The notes beneath the pieces were generated by a model. It saw only the letters and a program-made list of their open reading frames with translations, made no database searches and was not told the origin of the DNA. Made by a program: the position numbers and the translations under genes. DNA of 64,000 nt from Candidatus Omnitrophota bacterium (GTDB lineage: Bacteria > Omnitrophota > Gorgyraeia > Pluralincolimonadales > Pluralincolimonadaceae), in NCBI GenBank assembly GCA_028716565.1, contig JAQUPL010000007.1, positions 10,819 through 74,818 on the forward strand, in the 5' to 3' direction. Below are positions 8,591 through 17,859 of the stretch, in pieces (within the stretch, counting starts at the first letter, position 1; every line of letters begins with the position of its first letter).

Positions 8591-9514
8591 TTAGAGAACG
8601 CTTGCTTTTATTCTGTTGACTAATTTAATATGCAAATCTTCAGCATCTTTCCATAAAATATGGTTATATTGCCGAGTGTCAAAATGTAACTCATCCTTTT
8701 CGCTATCCTTACAAATCCAAATTACTTTAATTCCTAATCCTAATGCAAAACCTGCTTCAAAATAAACATTCTGTCGTTGCCCAGTAAAATCGGCTATTAG
8801 CAATCGTGATGTTTTAATTTCAGCAATAATTTCATCGCAAATTTTCTCATTATGCTCTATTAAATCAATCCTTACGGCACTCAAGCCACAATCTTCGCAA
8901 GCCTTTGCTATCGCCGCTTTGAAAATATCTTTCAAAGCGGCATCTTTAAAACTCATTGCTATAAAAACCTTTCTACTATGAATATTTGGTTCTTTAATAT
9001 GCTCGTATTCTTGCCAACCCCTGACTGTCAATCGTATTATGGAATATTGTCTACCAGCAGTAGTAAAATCTACGAAACCATTGTCTTTAAGATAGATAGC
9101 CAGGTTTTTTAATTCCTCTGGGTTTTTACAGAAAAATTTCGTGAATTCAGTAGAATACTCTACTGTGAATTCTTGTCCAATATAGTCTGAACGCCGTGCA
9201 AAATAAGATATAAGCATATCAAGTTTATCTTTAACTGCCAACCTCTTGTAATAAGCCACTTTCTCTGGAATTTGCATTATATCAGAAGACAGTAATCGCA
9301 AGATAATTCCTTGTTCGGCATTCTCTCTTATATATCCTGAAAATAGAATTTTATCTTCCTTAGATATGCTATCAATTATCTTATCGGATAATGCCTCATA
9401 TGAAACAATATAACTCACGCATAAAGGACAAGTAATCCTTTTGGCTTGACGCTCTGGCATATCGGTTATTTCTTTGGGTTGGCTACCACATATTATACAG
9501 ACTTCTTCTTGCAT
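8591..9514 (-). CDS. zinc-ribbon protein with C-terminal nucleoside 2-deoxyribosyltransferase-like (SLOG superfamily) domain
   Basis: N-terminal CIICG ... CPLC. The C-terminus KVFIAMSF ... LLIADFTGQRQNVYFEAGFALGLGIKVIWI matches the D-x-[ST]-G ... E-x-G-x-A ... GK-x-V signature of the Nuc_deoxyrib_tr / DNPH1-like fold. Confidence 0.5.
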   Translation of the reverse strand: MQEEVCIICGSQPKEITDMPERQAKRITCPLCVSYIVSYEALSDKIIDSISKEDKILFSGYIRENAEQGIILRLLSSDIMQIPEKVAYYKRLAVKDKLDMLISYFARRSDYIGQEFTVEYSTEFTKFFCKNPEELKNLAIYLKDNGFVDFTTAGRQYSIIRLTVRGWQEYEHIKEPNIHSRKVFIAMSFKDAALKDIFKAAIAKACEDCGLSAVRIDLIEHNEKICDEIIAEIKTSRLLIADFTGQRQNVYFEAGFALGLGIKVIWICKDSEKDELHFDTRQYNHILWKDAEDLHIKLVNRIKASVL

Positions 9515-9619
9515 ATAGCCCCCTACTATATAATAAGTTGTCCCGCCTTTACAGGTGTAGGCTCATATTCAAAGAATACTTCTAACGGCTTGTCTTTTGG
9601 ATTTATTTTCTTCATATTG

Positions 9620-10369
9620 CTATTCTGTTGAATTAACATCACACCTATCTATTATCCGCAATAAATAATTAGCGAAGAGTATAATCTCTGCCGCTTCATT
9701 TGGGTCACTTAAATTAACCTTGCGATGGCTTGATGGATTTTTAAACAACCCTATGCTACCAGCAAAGAGGTCAGAAGTCGCTTGTCGTTCTGCAGGAAGA
9801 GAGTCCACATCTGTCAGCCTGCCGTTGTCTGGATTGAACGCTGTTCTCATTAAGTTGACGCCTAATAAATCATCTGGTAAGCCCGCTTTTTCTCTCACCC
9901 TCACTTCAACTTCCTTATAGGCTCTAAAGACCGCCGTGTCATAGTCGCCTCGTATAAATAAGTTATAAACATTGTCAAAAAGATTACCATCTAATGCCTC
10001 TTTATGGAGTAAGTAATTTTTTTTGTAAGTGTCTAAGTCGACCTTTTTGCGATACTTGAAACCTTTCTTGGTTACATATCGCCAATCACTGCCTGACATA
10101 TTCGGGGTAGGGGCAATCATTCCCTCTTTTTCAAGCCAACACCACGCTTCCATAATCGCTTTTCCGACTTCATTTGTTTTGTCACCAGCATATCTTGAAA
10201 TGTTTTCATTTAGCGTAAAATTATGTCTATTCAGATGTCCTCTTTGCTGTTCCACGCTACCACAAAGGTAGTCCAATAGAAAAGCGGCGATTTCTTCTGG
10301 TTCAAGAAGCAACAACTCATCTGGAGGAAGTAATACGTCTTTAAGTTCGCTTGACATTCTAAACCTCAC
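9620..10369 (-). CDS. HEPN-domain protein of the Ymh (TIGR02391) family; putative toxin of a HEPN/MNT pair
   Basis: C-terminal YDTAVFRAYKEVEVRVREKAG ... GVNLMRTAF ... LFAGSIGLFKNPSSHRKV ... EAAEIILFANYLLRII fits the Ymh HEPN pattern, with an [R/K]NxxxH catalytic-type motif. Its start overlaps the MNT stop (ATGA). Confidence 0.65.
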   Translation of the reverse strand: MRFRMSSELKDVLLPPDELLLLEPEEIAAFLLDYLCGSVEQQRGHLNRHNFTLNENISRYAGDKTNEVGKAIMEAWCWLEKEGMIAPTPNMSGSDWRYVTKKGFKYRKKVDLDTYKKNYLLHKEALDGNLFDNVYNLFIRGDYDTAVFRAYKEVEVRVREKAGLPDDLLGVNLMRTAFNPDNGRLTDVDSLPAERQATSDLFAGSIGLFKNPSSHRKVNLSDPNEAAEIILFANYLLRIIDRCDVNSTE

Positions 10370-10701
10370 CCTTTTTCATAAATCACAATATTGCCGACGT
10401 CCAATCCCTTTTTAACGGTAGGGGTTTCTTCCGCATCATACCATTCCAAATCTACTTGATAATTCAACAGTTCGGTCAATTGCCCTTGCAACTTACTTCC
10501 TTGAGAGCACCAATAGCCAAATGCAGTATCCCCTTCTTTATCCTCTATTTCGATGGCTATATCAATATCGCTTGGACACCCGATTCTTCCTGCTGCGTAA
10601 GAACCGAACAGATAAATTCTTGTAATGCGTGGGTGACGAGTAACCCACTCTAAAAGTATTTTTTTTACTGAATCAATATCTGGAATTTTAATTATATTCA
10701 T
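10366..10701 (-). CDS. minimal nucleotidyltransferase (MNT, Pol-beta superfamily); putative antitoxin
   Basis: YLFGSYAAGRIGCPSDIDIAIEI is the GS-x(n)-DxD nucleotidyltransferase motif. Located immediately upstream of, and overlapping, the HEPN gene. Confidence 0.8.
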   Translation of the reverse strand: MNIIKIPDIDSVKKILLEWVTRHPRITRIYLFGSYAAGRIGCPSDIDIAIEIEDKEGDTAFGYWCSQGSKLQGQLTELLNYQVDLEWYDAEETPTVKKGLDVGNIVIYEKG

Positions 10702-10766
10702 CTGTCCCGACGCTTGGCTAACTATTTAATATCGGCTTCAATACAGAAATGGCGAGTCCTTTAGTT

Positions 10767-11261
10767 TTAGTATAGAACACCTCCTCCGAAAATTGCTATA
10801 AATAATATGCCGAAGAAAAAAGACCATTGGTGTATTGGAAGGATAACTACTATGACATCATTTATTATCTTAAATCTCTTATTTGCTTTTTTAATTACAC
10901 AATCATCGTGTTTCAATATGTCCTTAACTTTAGTCTTTTTCCCTCCCCTTTCTATCTCCTCTTCGGGATTGTTATTGCTTAGACCGCTAATTTCACTTTT
11001 TGCTCTTAAATCTATTAGTTCATAATACAGGGCATCGATTCGTAATCTCACAAATATAACTCCAGTAATAATATTGAGGACTAAAAAGCCTAATCCATAA
11101 ATTAATATGGAATTCAAATATTGGGGCGTTTCAGGCTTTATGAATCTAACTGAAAAAACAATTGCTCCTGTAGATAAGCCTATCATCCATTTAGATAAAT
11201 TTATATATTCTCTATTGGTTTCTTCGACAAGTCTATTTTCTATATTATCTTCGTTATTCAT
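10767..11261 (-). CDS. small membrane protein (about 3 TM), unknown function
   Basis: Hydrophobic helices; no motif. Confidence 0.4.
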   Translation of the reverse strand: MNNEDNIENRLVEETNREYINLSKWMIGLSTGAIVFSVRFIKPETPQYLNSILIYGLGFLVLNIITGVIFVRLRIDALYYELIDLRAKSEISGLSNNNPEEEIERGGKKTKVKDILKHDDCVIKKANKRFKIINDVIVVILPIHQWSFFFGILFIAIFGGGVLY

Positions 11262-11572
11262 CGACTACTCCTTCTGCTATTTTCTTTCCACCCTTTAACC
11301 CTACCGTCCTTCATATAAAAAGTAATCGTGTCTCCCCGCTCTTTGGACGTCCAATTGCTGAAGGTAATCCATTCGTCTGTGCCTTCTTTGTGGTAGCCCA
11401 TCTGGAGGTATTCGGTATAGCCAGCCTTCGCCAAGTCCTCTTTGGGCATACCGACATAGACCACACCATATTCGGGCAGCTTCTCGGCTCTTTTGAGATA
11501 TTCTGGGTCATACTCCCTGCTAGAGCAACCAAATATAATAAATATTAGCACGACTGGAATCAGATATTTCAT
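11258..11572 (-). CDS. lipoprotein (signal peptide plus lipobox IFGCSS)
   Basis: MKYLIPVVLIFIIFGCSS lipobox; start overlaps the upstream gene stop. Confidence 0.5.
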   Translation of the reverse strand: MKYLIPVVLIFIIFGCSSREYDPEYLKRAEKLPEYGVVYVGMPKEDLAKAGYTEYLQMGYHKEGTDEWITFSNWTSKERGDTITFYMKDGRVKGWKENSRRSSR

Positions 11573-11754
11573 ATGCGTTTCTTTTTAGGTTGCCCGCCGT
11601 CAATCGAGTCAGTCAATGCCTTCAACTTGACTTGAAGGTGTTCGGGATTGCAACAGATTGCCTTTTTCAGGGTTCTGTGGGACAGGAAATAGCAGATTCT
11701 TCCGTTTTTTCTACCCCAGCCAACCAGTATCCTTTTAGATTCGCCTATTTTCAC
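11569..11754 (-). CDS. small hypothetical protein (61 aa)
   Basis: Co-directional and overlapping start/stop with neighbours; no motif. Confidence 0.3.
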   Translation of the reverse strand: MKIGESKRILVGWGRKNGRICYFLSHRTLKKAICCNPEHLQVKLKALTDSIDGGQPKKKRI

Positions 11755-11785
11755 AATACTCTCCTTTTTAAAAACTCTCGGTCGT

Positions 11786-12673
11786 TTATTTTAGAAATTT
11801 TCTTTGCTTTATTAATTGCTCTTCTTCTACTGTCCAGTTAGGTTCATAAACGTTTGGAATATCGAAATCTGTGTCCCTATCCCAGTCACCCTTCATCTCA
11901 AGTTTAATTATCTGAAAGGCTATTATAGACACCTGGTCTTCTTTACCATCAGGCAAAGGAATCTTCTGAATCGTTGGGGTTCCGATAGATGCATATTTTG
12001 ATGTGAAACTATACCAATAAGTTTTAGTGGTTGCATTTTCTTTTTCTCTATAACCCTCGTAAGCAATAACTACGTTGAAATAAATTCGTTCTGCCACAGA
12101 TGAACAATCAGCACCATAATTAAACTTTAAGTTTTCTTGCTTTGGAAATACGATAGTCGGATAGGGGTAAGAACCCAGATTGTCAATAAAATACTTCGGA
12201 GTATCAAGATTCCTTTTATCGGCACTGGTAGTTACAAAATATGAAACCTTGGTAACAACTGCTGGTATGATTCCCTCGTTCTTAAATTTAACTTCGGCTA
12301 TAACCATATAATAAGTTGAAATTTTGCCTGTTTTGGTATCAACCTCTATGCGTGGTTTAATGGAGACATTTTCAATCTCAACATATATATATGGTCTCTT
12401 ACCAAGACTTAACTCTTTTATCTGAATGTCTACGCTGTCTTTTTGTGCCAAAACCGAGTTTCTTAATATCCGTGCCTGCCAAAACATAAATCCTGCCATC
12501 AAGAATGTTGCGATAGCAAGAAATAGTGTAACTACGGTAAGGGCAAATTGAACTTGAAGATGTTTCTCATCTACCCATTTAAGGAATGTTTTCCAAATGT
12601 TCAAGTTATGCTCCATAAATAAAAAAAGCGTTATCCTACACTTCAAGCCTGACGCTTGCGACTTTTTGAGCAA
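11786..12673 (-). CDS. membrane-anchored protein with about 230-aa extracytoplasmic domain, unknown function
   Basis: One N-terminal TM helix (LFLAIATFLMAGFMFW) followed by a beta-rich domain. Confidence 0.45.
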   Translation of the reverse strand: MLKKSQASGLKCRITLFLFMEHNLNIWKTFLKWVDEKHLQVQFALTVVTLFLAIATFLMAGFMFWQARILRNSVLAQKDSVDIQIKELSLGKRPYIYVEIENVSIKPRIEVDTKTGKISTYYMVIAEVKFKNEGIIPAVVTKVSYFVTTSADKRNLDTPKYFIDNLGSYPYPTIVFPKQENLKFNYGADCSSVAERIYFNVVIAYEGYREKENATTKTYWYSFTSKYASIGTPTIQKIPLPDGKEDQVSIIAFQIIKLEMKGDWDRDTDFDIPNVYEPNWTVEEEQLIKQRKFLK

Positions 12674-12859
12674 ATTTCCACAACGTCTTTTTCCTTCGCT
12701 TACTTAGACTTTTTAATCTTTTGAACTATTGCAGTATTTTTCTGGCTTTTGGCTCTTGCTACTGACATAAACTTTCCTGTTATAGCACTTCTACCGATTT
12801 TAAATGTCTTGCCCATTCATTACCTCCTTTTGTAATGTTGCCTAATTCATATTCCTGGA

Positions 12860-13228
12860 TTAGTAAGTCTGTAGTTTGATAGTAATCAAAATAGCAATAA
12901 TAAAAACTGTCATTGATGCAACAAATAAAACAATAAATGTCCAATAAAGTCGTTCAGCCCATATTCCCCATCTGCTATTCCTAAAGTCGTAATTTTTAAT
13001 TTTCCCGTCTATCACAAGCTCATAATGCTTGGAGGAGCAGATGCTACTAACAAGATGAACACCTATTGTCAAGATAAACCCTAAAAGTGTTATTAAATAC
13101 CAACTTTGAATTCCATATTTATCACATATGATAAAAATTGATGCGAGAACGGTCAAGGAGAGGGTTATTACCCTATTGCTTATTTCTGAATTTATTTTCT
13201 TATATTCTTCAATTAACTGATTACTCAA
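12860..13228 (-). CDS. small membrane protein (3 TM), unknown
   Basis: Hydrophobic helices; TTG start overlaps the stop of a 51-aa basic ORF upstream. Confidence 0.4.
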   Translation of the reverse strand: MSNQLIEEYKKINSEISNRVITLSLTVLASIFIICDKYGIQSWYLITLLGFILTIGVHLVSSICSSKHYELVIDGKIKNYDFRNSRWGIWAERLYWTFIVLFVASMTVFIIAILITIKLQTY

Positions 13229-13380
13229 CGTGCCCTCCTCGGGGGTCTGGGTGCTGTAAATTTACCTCCCCTGCTGCTACGCCCAGACATTTTCCCACGA
13301 CATTGCCCAGTTTGTTTATCAATGTAGTATAAATAACCTTTTCGACGTTTAATCTCTTTCTTCATTATCTTTTTCTTCAT
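13225..13380 (-). CDS. possible small basic protein (51 aa; below ORF-track cutoff)
   Basis: Manual translation MKKKIMKKEIKRRKGYLYYIDKQTGQCRGKMSGRSSRGGKFTAPRPPRRAR; its stop overlaps the TTG start of 12860..13228. Confidence 0.25.
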   Translation of the reverse strand: MKKKIMKKEIKRRKGYLYYIDKQTGQCRGKMSGRSSRGGKFTAPRPPRRAR

Positions 13381-13626
13381 ACTATCTCTCCCTCAATGCC
13401 CACTATGCATCCTTATTCAATTCCTTTTTATGTTCTATAATATTATCGAGTTTGTTACTAATGTCGTTGAGGTATTTATTTGTAGAGTCGACATTGTTAA
13501 CGAGTTTTTCTATATTAAGCCCGATTAGTATTAGGGCTACAATTGCAATCACTCCTATAGCAATCATATTCACCTCATTTCTTCAATACAGTTTTAATGC
13601 CCAAGCAACTATTAATTGTTTTTTAT

Positions 13627-14061
13627 TCATTTGTCTACTTCTTGCCCACAATTAGAGCAAGCATCCTGAAATACTTTATTTTTCTCATTACAAGAAGGAC
13701 AAGTCCAATATCCATCCTTAGAAGACACCTTTAGAATTTCATTTTTCTTCAAATTCTCATTAGGTATCATATTAGCTGGAGGTTCTCGTTTATTTATCTT
13801 TTTATATTCCTTATACCAAATTATTCCTATCGCTATTGCGAGGATAACTTCGAGAGTATCTGTAAAATCACGAGATATGTCAGGGATGGAGTTAAGAAAA
13901 CTAAACAATTTTTTGAATAGCACAGCCAATACTATTACGGTTAAAAATTTTATTAAATACATTTTGGTTTCTTTAAGTTTCCTCCAGTTACAATGTTTTC
14001 CATAAAGAAATATCCCCATAAAAAATAATACAGCTGATGGGACGCTTCCAAAGTAAATCAT
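13627..14061 (-). CDS. small membrane protein with C-terminal zinc ribbon
   Basis: Two or three TM helices, then CPSCNEKNKVFQDACSNCG. Confidence 0.45.
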   Translation of the reverse strand: MIYFGSVPSAVLFFMGIFLYGKHCNWRKLKETKMYLIKFLTVIVLAVLFKKLFSFLNSIPDISRDFTDTLEVILAIAIGIIWYKEYKKINKREPPANMIPNENLKKNEILKVSSKDGYWTCPSCNEKNKVFQDACSNCGQEVDK

Positions 14062-14447
14062 TTATTGTCCTCCAGGGTCATCTTTTTACGATAATTATTC
14101 AACCTATGTCCAATTACTGCACTCATAATATAAATAGCGGAGACTAGTGATAAAATTCCCACTAATCCTCCTTTTACTGAATTCGGCTCACCGTCCTCAT
14201 TAGTTCCTAATGTCCAAGACTCGGGAATAAAAAAGAACGCTCTATCCAATCCAATATATAAGATTAACAACAATGAAATACCCGCTCCAATAATAATCGC
14301 AAAAGTGATTCTTCCTCGTCCATAACCACACTCGTCATAATCTAACCGCTCGGGCTTGAATATCAAATTCCAAACAAATATAAGAGACGACAGATAGAGA
14401 AAAATATAACACACGGTTATAGCGATATTTACAACAAGTTCCATCAT
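14058..14447 (-). CDS. small membrane protein (3 TM), unknown
   Basis: Hydrophobic; start/stop overlap with neighbours. Confidence 0.45.
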   Translation of the reverse strand: MMELVVNIAITVCYIFLYLSSLIFVWNLIFKPERLDYDECGYGRGRITFAIIIGAGISLLLILYIGLDRAFFFIPESWTLGTNEDGEPNSVKGGLVGILSLVSAIYIMSAVIGHRLNNYRKKMTLEDNK

Positions 14448-14481
14448 CCCTCCCTAAGAAGGTTGTTAAGTTAATTGAGAA

Positions 14482-14694
14482 TTAGTTTTTCTTTTCTGGA
14501 CGAAGTATGGAATTCAGTTTAACAGCAACCACGAGTCCAATCCAGCCAACGATTGCACACATCCATTGCTTTAGGAAAACTCCCCCGCCTCCCAATAATC
14601 CTGTCCCGAGCAAGTAGAGGGAAACAAAAGCAAGACCGCTAATACATATCATTAGATGTAACTCTAGGAGCTCTTTTTTCGTTGGAAGTCTCAT
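14482..14694 (-). CDS. small membrane protein (2 TM), unknown
   Basis: Hydrophobic 70-aa ORF; overlaps the next gene by 4 bp. Confidence 0.4.
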   Translation of the reverse strand: MRLPTKKELLELHLMICISGLAFVSLYLLGTGLLGGGGVFLKQWMCAIVGWIGLVVAVKLNSILRPEKKN

Positions 14695-14999
14695 CTCTTC
14701 ACCGATTTAATAAAATAAACAATAAAAATGATGCCCCCAATTAAATCTGCAATCCTCCACGCTTCTTTTCCGAAATAAAACTTCATAAATGGATTAAACA
14801 ATAAGGCAACAATCCCTAATACCCAAGCCCAGCCAAATTCCTTTTTTTGGTAAGTCAAATATGCCCCATAAGCTCCTACTCCACACACAAAGAACCTCAA
14901 TAATTGATAATACGAATACGGTAAATCTCCCAATGCTATAAATAACACTATGCCTGCAATTAAAAATATAGGATTTCTTTTCATATAAGCAAACCTCAC
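14691..14999 (-). CDS. small membrane protein (3 TM), unknown
   Basis: Hydrophobic 102-aa ORF. Confidence 0.4.
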   Translation of the reverse strand: MRFAYMKRNPIFLIAGIVLFIALGDLPYSYYQLLRFFVCGVGAYGAYLTYQKKEFGWAWVLGIVALLFNPFMKFYFGKEAWRIADLIGGIIFIVYFIKSVKR

Positions 15000-15006
15000 T
15001 TTTTAA

Positions 15007-15420
15007 CTAAATTTTAAATTGGTTTTGCCATTCTCTTGAAATATTCTTTGTTCTTGCCGAAACTATAAACATAGTTATTATGAGTAGGGGTATAATCAAT
15101 AATTCCCAATCGTTTACTCTGCCTAAAACACCAAGAACGAGGAAAATAATTAAACTAAAGCGTTTATAACCGCAAACCTTAGAACGCTGGTAGCTAACAT
15201 TAAAAATTGAAAAATATAAAGTGAATTGTATTATTATTAACACCCACACAAACCAAAGTGGAGCAGTAGCACGAATAGCATTTAACCATAACGTTACACC
15301 AATATAACCTATAAGAATACTAAGAATGCTAACAACAAACATTCTTCTCTCAATTTTCAAACCTTTTGTTTTAAGAAATTCGCTTAGATTCATTTCCCCT
15401 TCAATGTCCTTATCGCCCAA
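15007..15420 (-). CDS. small membrane protein (4 TM), unknown
   Basis: Hydrophobic 137-aa ORF. Confidence 0.4.
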   Translation of the reverse strand: MGDKDIEGEMNLSEFLKTKGLKIERRMFVVSILSILIGYIGVTLWLNAIRATAPLWFVWVLIIIQFTLYFSIFNVSYQRSKVCGYKRFSLIIFLVLGVLGRVNDWELLIIPLLIITMFIVSARTKNISREWQNQFKI

Positions 15421-15593
15421 ATGACGAAACGAAATACGAGGTAAATAGGATAACCAAAAAAGAACAACATATAGCCTGCATTCGAAGTATTAGCGTTGCT
15501 TCCTGGTATGACCTCAGCCGTCATAATAAACGCTGCTAATATAATCCCTATTAATATTAATCCTTCTCTTGCTACGATTTTCTTAATGTTCAT
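15390..15593 (-). CDS. small membrane protein (2 TM), unknown
   Basis: 67-aa hydrophobic ORF. Confidence 0.35.
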   Translation of the reverse strand: MNIKKIVAREGLILIGIILAAFIMTAEVIPGSNANTSNAGYMLFFFGYPIYLVFRFVIWAIRTLKGK

Positions 15594-15633
15594 TCCTTGC
15601 TCCTGTAGTCATTTACCGAGAATTAAATCAGTA

Positions 15634-15828
15634 TCATCTGAGATATAATATAATAACTGCTATCAACAATATAAATACAAGACAGCCCATACAACCACCA
15701 TCTCCGCTACGATGCAAGCCATTTTCGAGGTCATCTACTTTGCTCTCAAGGCCGTCCACCCTGCTTTCTACGTCATCTATTCTATCTCGTGGCTCATAAT
15801 AATCAGAATCTTCGGTTTCGTCTTTCAT
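15634..15828 (-). CDS. small tail-anchored protein (acidic coiled-coil N-terminus, C-terminal TM)
   Basis: DDVESRVDGLESKVDDLENG followed by CLVFILLIAVIILYL; first gene of the co-directional array. Confidence 0.35.
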   Translation of the reverse strand: MKDETEDSDYYEPRDRIDDVESRVDGLESKVDDLENGLHRSGDGGCMGCLVFILLIAVIILYLR

Positions 15829-15883
15829 ATTATTTCTCCGATTTCTTTTCTTCGTATATTATCCTGCCATCTTCTTAATTAAA

Positions 15884-15913
15884 AAGGTAACCCCCTATTT
15901 AGAGGGTTACCTT
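15884..15913 (-). terminator. perfect 10-bp inverted repeat (AAGGTAACCC / GGGTTACCTT) with U-run on the minus strand; terminator or insulator upstream of the small-membrane-protein operon
   Basis: 10-bp stem, 10-nt loop; the minus-strand sequence continues TTTTAATT. Confidence 0.4.
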
Positions 15914-16301
15914 ACGAATTTAACCTGATTTTGACCTCATAACTGCCCCTTTGCGGTTGGAGTCTCATTATCCTACTAAGAGAGCCTCAATTCAACCCTT
16001 TTTTGGCTGTTCTGGGGCATTTGTAAGCACTCTTGGGTCTTTTTAGGGATAGACAATTTAACTTCGTTTTTTGCTTAATTTTAGGGTATAATTTGTGCTT
16101 GGATACCTTGTTGAACTTCGCATTCTGTATAAATTACGAAACAAAATTCATTTGATTATTTATTAGTTCATACGTATGATGAATAGGGATGACTCTAATG
16201 ACAATTTTTTATTATTAAAAGATGGTAAATATGTTTGATTTCTCAATTGATTAAGAGTATGATAAATTCCAGATTAGTGTTTGTTAAGGGAATATACTTA
16301 A

Positions 16302-17519
16302 ATGGTAAATAAAACAATATTATTATTGCTATTTATTAGCCTTATCTGTGGTTGTAGCTATGCTAGTAATGCTATCTCAGAAAATCCATCCCCCAATCCT
16401 GCAAATAAGAATATTGAGAGCAACAATACGCCTTCGGATATCTCTAACCTTATAGAAGAAAAAATAGATGCGAAAATAGGCAAATTAAAGGATGCATATT
16501 TAGAGAATGGCATTTTATCTAATAAACAATATTTAGATAGCTTAGGTAGAATAGAAAATAATGTTGATACGGATTTAGGCCGAATTTGGAAGCTTTTAAG
16601 TGCGGTCGGAATAGTAATCGCTATCCTGGGAATATTTGGATTTTCTAACTTAGCAGAATTATATAGGTCAATACATAGAGCTAAAGGCGACCTTGACCAA
16701 ACAGGTAAATTGTATAAAACTATGGAAAATAAGCTACGTCAACAATCTCAGGAGTTAGAAGAAAGATACGGATACCTCACCGACCCATCATTAACAACAA
16801 AAATAGCGCCTACATTATTAGATGAAAATAAATTTCTTAATTACGACCACCAGTTATATTTTATGCCCGTGTTTTTACCTATAACAAAAAATTTTAACTT
16901 ATATAAAAATTCTTTACTTAAAATTGGTATTTTCTTCTTATGGCAAGGTAATTATGCGAGAGCTATTTTACGCTTTGAAGAAATAGAAAAATTAACAGAG
17001 ATAGAACACAAAAAATTTATATTAGGTAAAAATATTTTGGGGGATAAAACGGACGTATTTTTAAATGCTTATGGAAATGCTTGTTCATATTATGCTACAG
17101 AAAAATGCACTAAAGGCTCATCTGAATGGAATGAATATATAGTTAAAGCTGAGGATTATTACAAAAAATCAATAAAAATTAATAAATTTTTTCAAAAACC
17201 ATACTATAATCTTGGCTTATTATATGCTGTGGATAAATACAACTTGGATAAAAATAAGGAGAATTGTCAAAAAGCACTTGAATATTATACCCTTGGACTC
17301 AAATATACAAAAGAACCAAACGATGTTTATGCTATTAAATGGAATATGGCTTGCAGTAAGGTTAAATTAGAAGCTCCGATTGAAGAAGTTATGGAACTGC
17401 TTGAATCTATCCCTGTGAACAACCACTTTTGGCCAAAAATACAAGAAGATTCCGTCTTTAATCCAATAAAAAGCACGCCCGAATGGCGTGCTCTTATAAC
17501 TAGAAAAACTTCTAATTAA
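16302..17519 (+). CDS. lipoprotein with helical/TPR-like repeats (island cargo)
   Basis: Signal peptide with LICGCS lipobox; low-complexity N-terminus; Y/N-rich helical repeats. Confidence 0.55.
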   Translation: MVNKTILLLLFISLICGCSYASNAISENPSPNPANKNIESNNTPSDISNLIEEKIDAKIGKLKDAYLENGILSNKQYLDSLGRIENNVDTDLGRIWKLLSAVGIVIAILGIFGFSNLAELYRSIHRAKGDLDQTGKLYKTMENKLRQQSQELEERYGYLTDPSLTTKIAPTLLDENKFLNYDHQLYFMPVFLPITKNFNLYKNSLLKIGIFFLWQGNYARAILRFEEIEKLTEIEHKKFILGKNILGDKTDVFLNAYGNACSYYATEKCTKGSSEWNEYIVKAEDYYKKSIKINKFFQKPYYNLGLLYAVDKYNLDKNKENCQKALEYYTLGLKYTKEPNDVYAIKWNMACSKVKLEAPIEEVMELLESIPVNNHFWPKIQEDSVFNPIKSTPEWRALITRKTSN

Positions 17520-17859
17520 CCCCGTTATACGCTTTTTGTATTCTCGCTATACATTTTAATCACCTTCCTGTACTTAAAGTATATCTCAAAAATTAACTAA
17601 AATCAATGCCTCTATTGTTTTTTAAGGAAGTGTTTTCTCTATAGACAATTATAGCCTCGGTCAATACCAAGGCTAATTTTTAAGATTTTTAGGATATAAA
17701 TATAGTTTTTTGGCAAAGCTTGCTTTCCCATAAGTGCTTTCTATTTTACTAACCTTAAGATACTCTGTCAAGCGAAATATCATACGAAACTCCTCTTCCC
17801 AATTTTACAATCCCCTTTCTGTCTGCACCTAAAACAGCTCAAACCGACTGTCGTGACAA

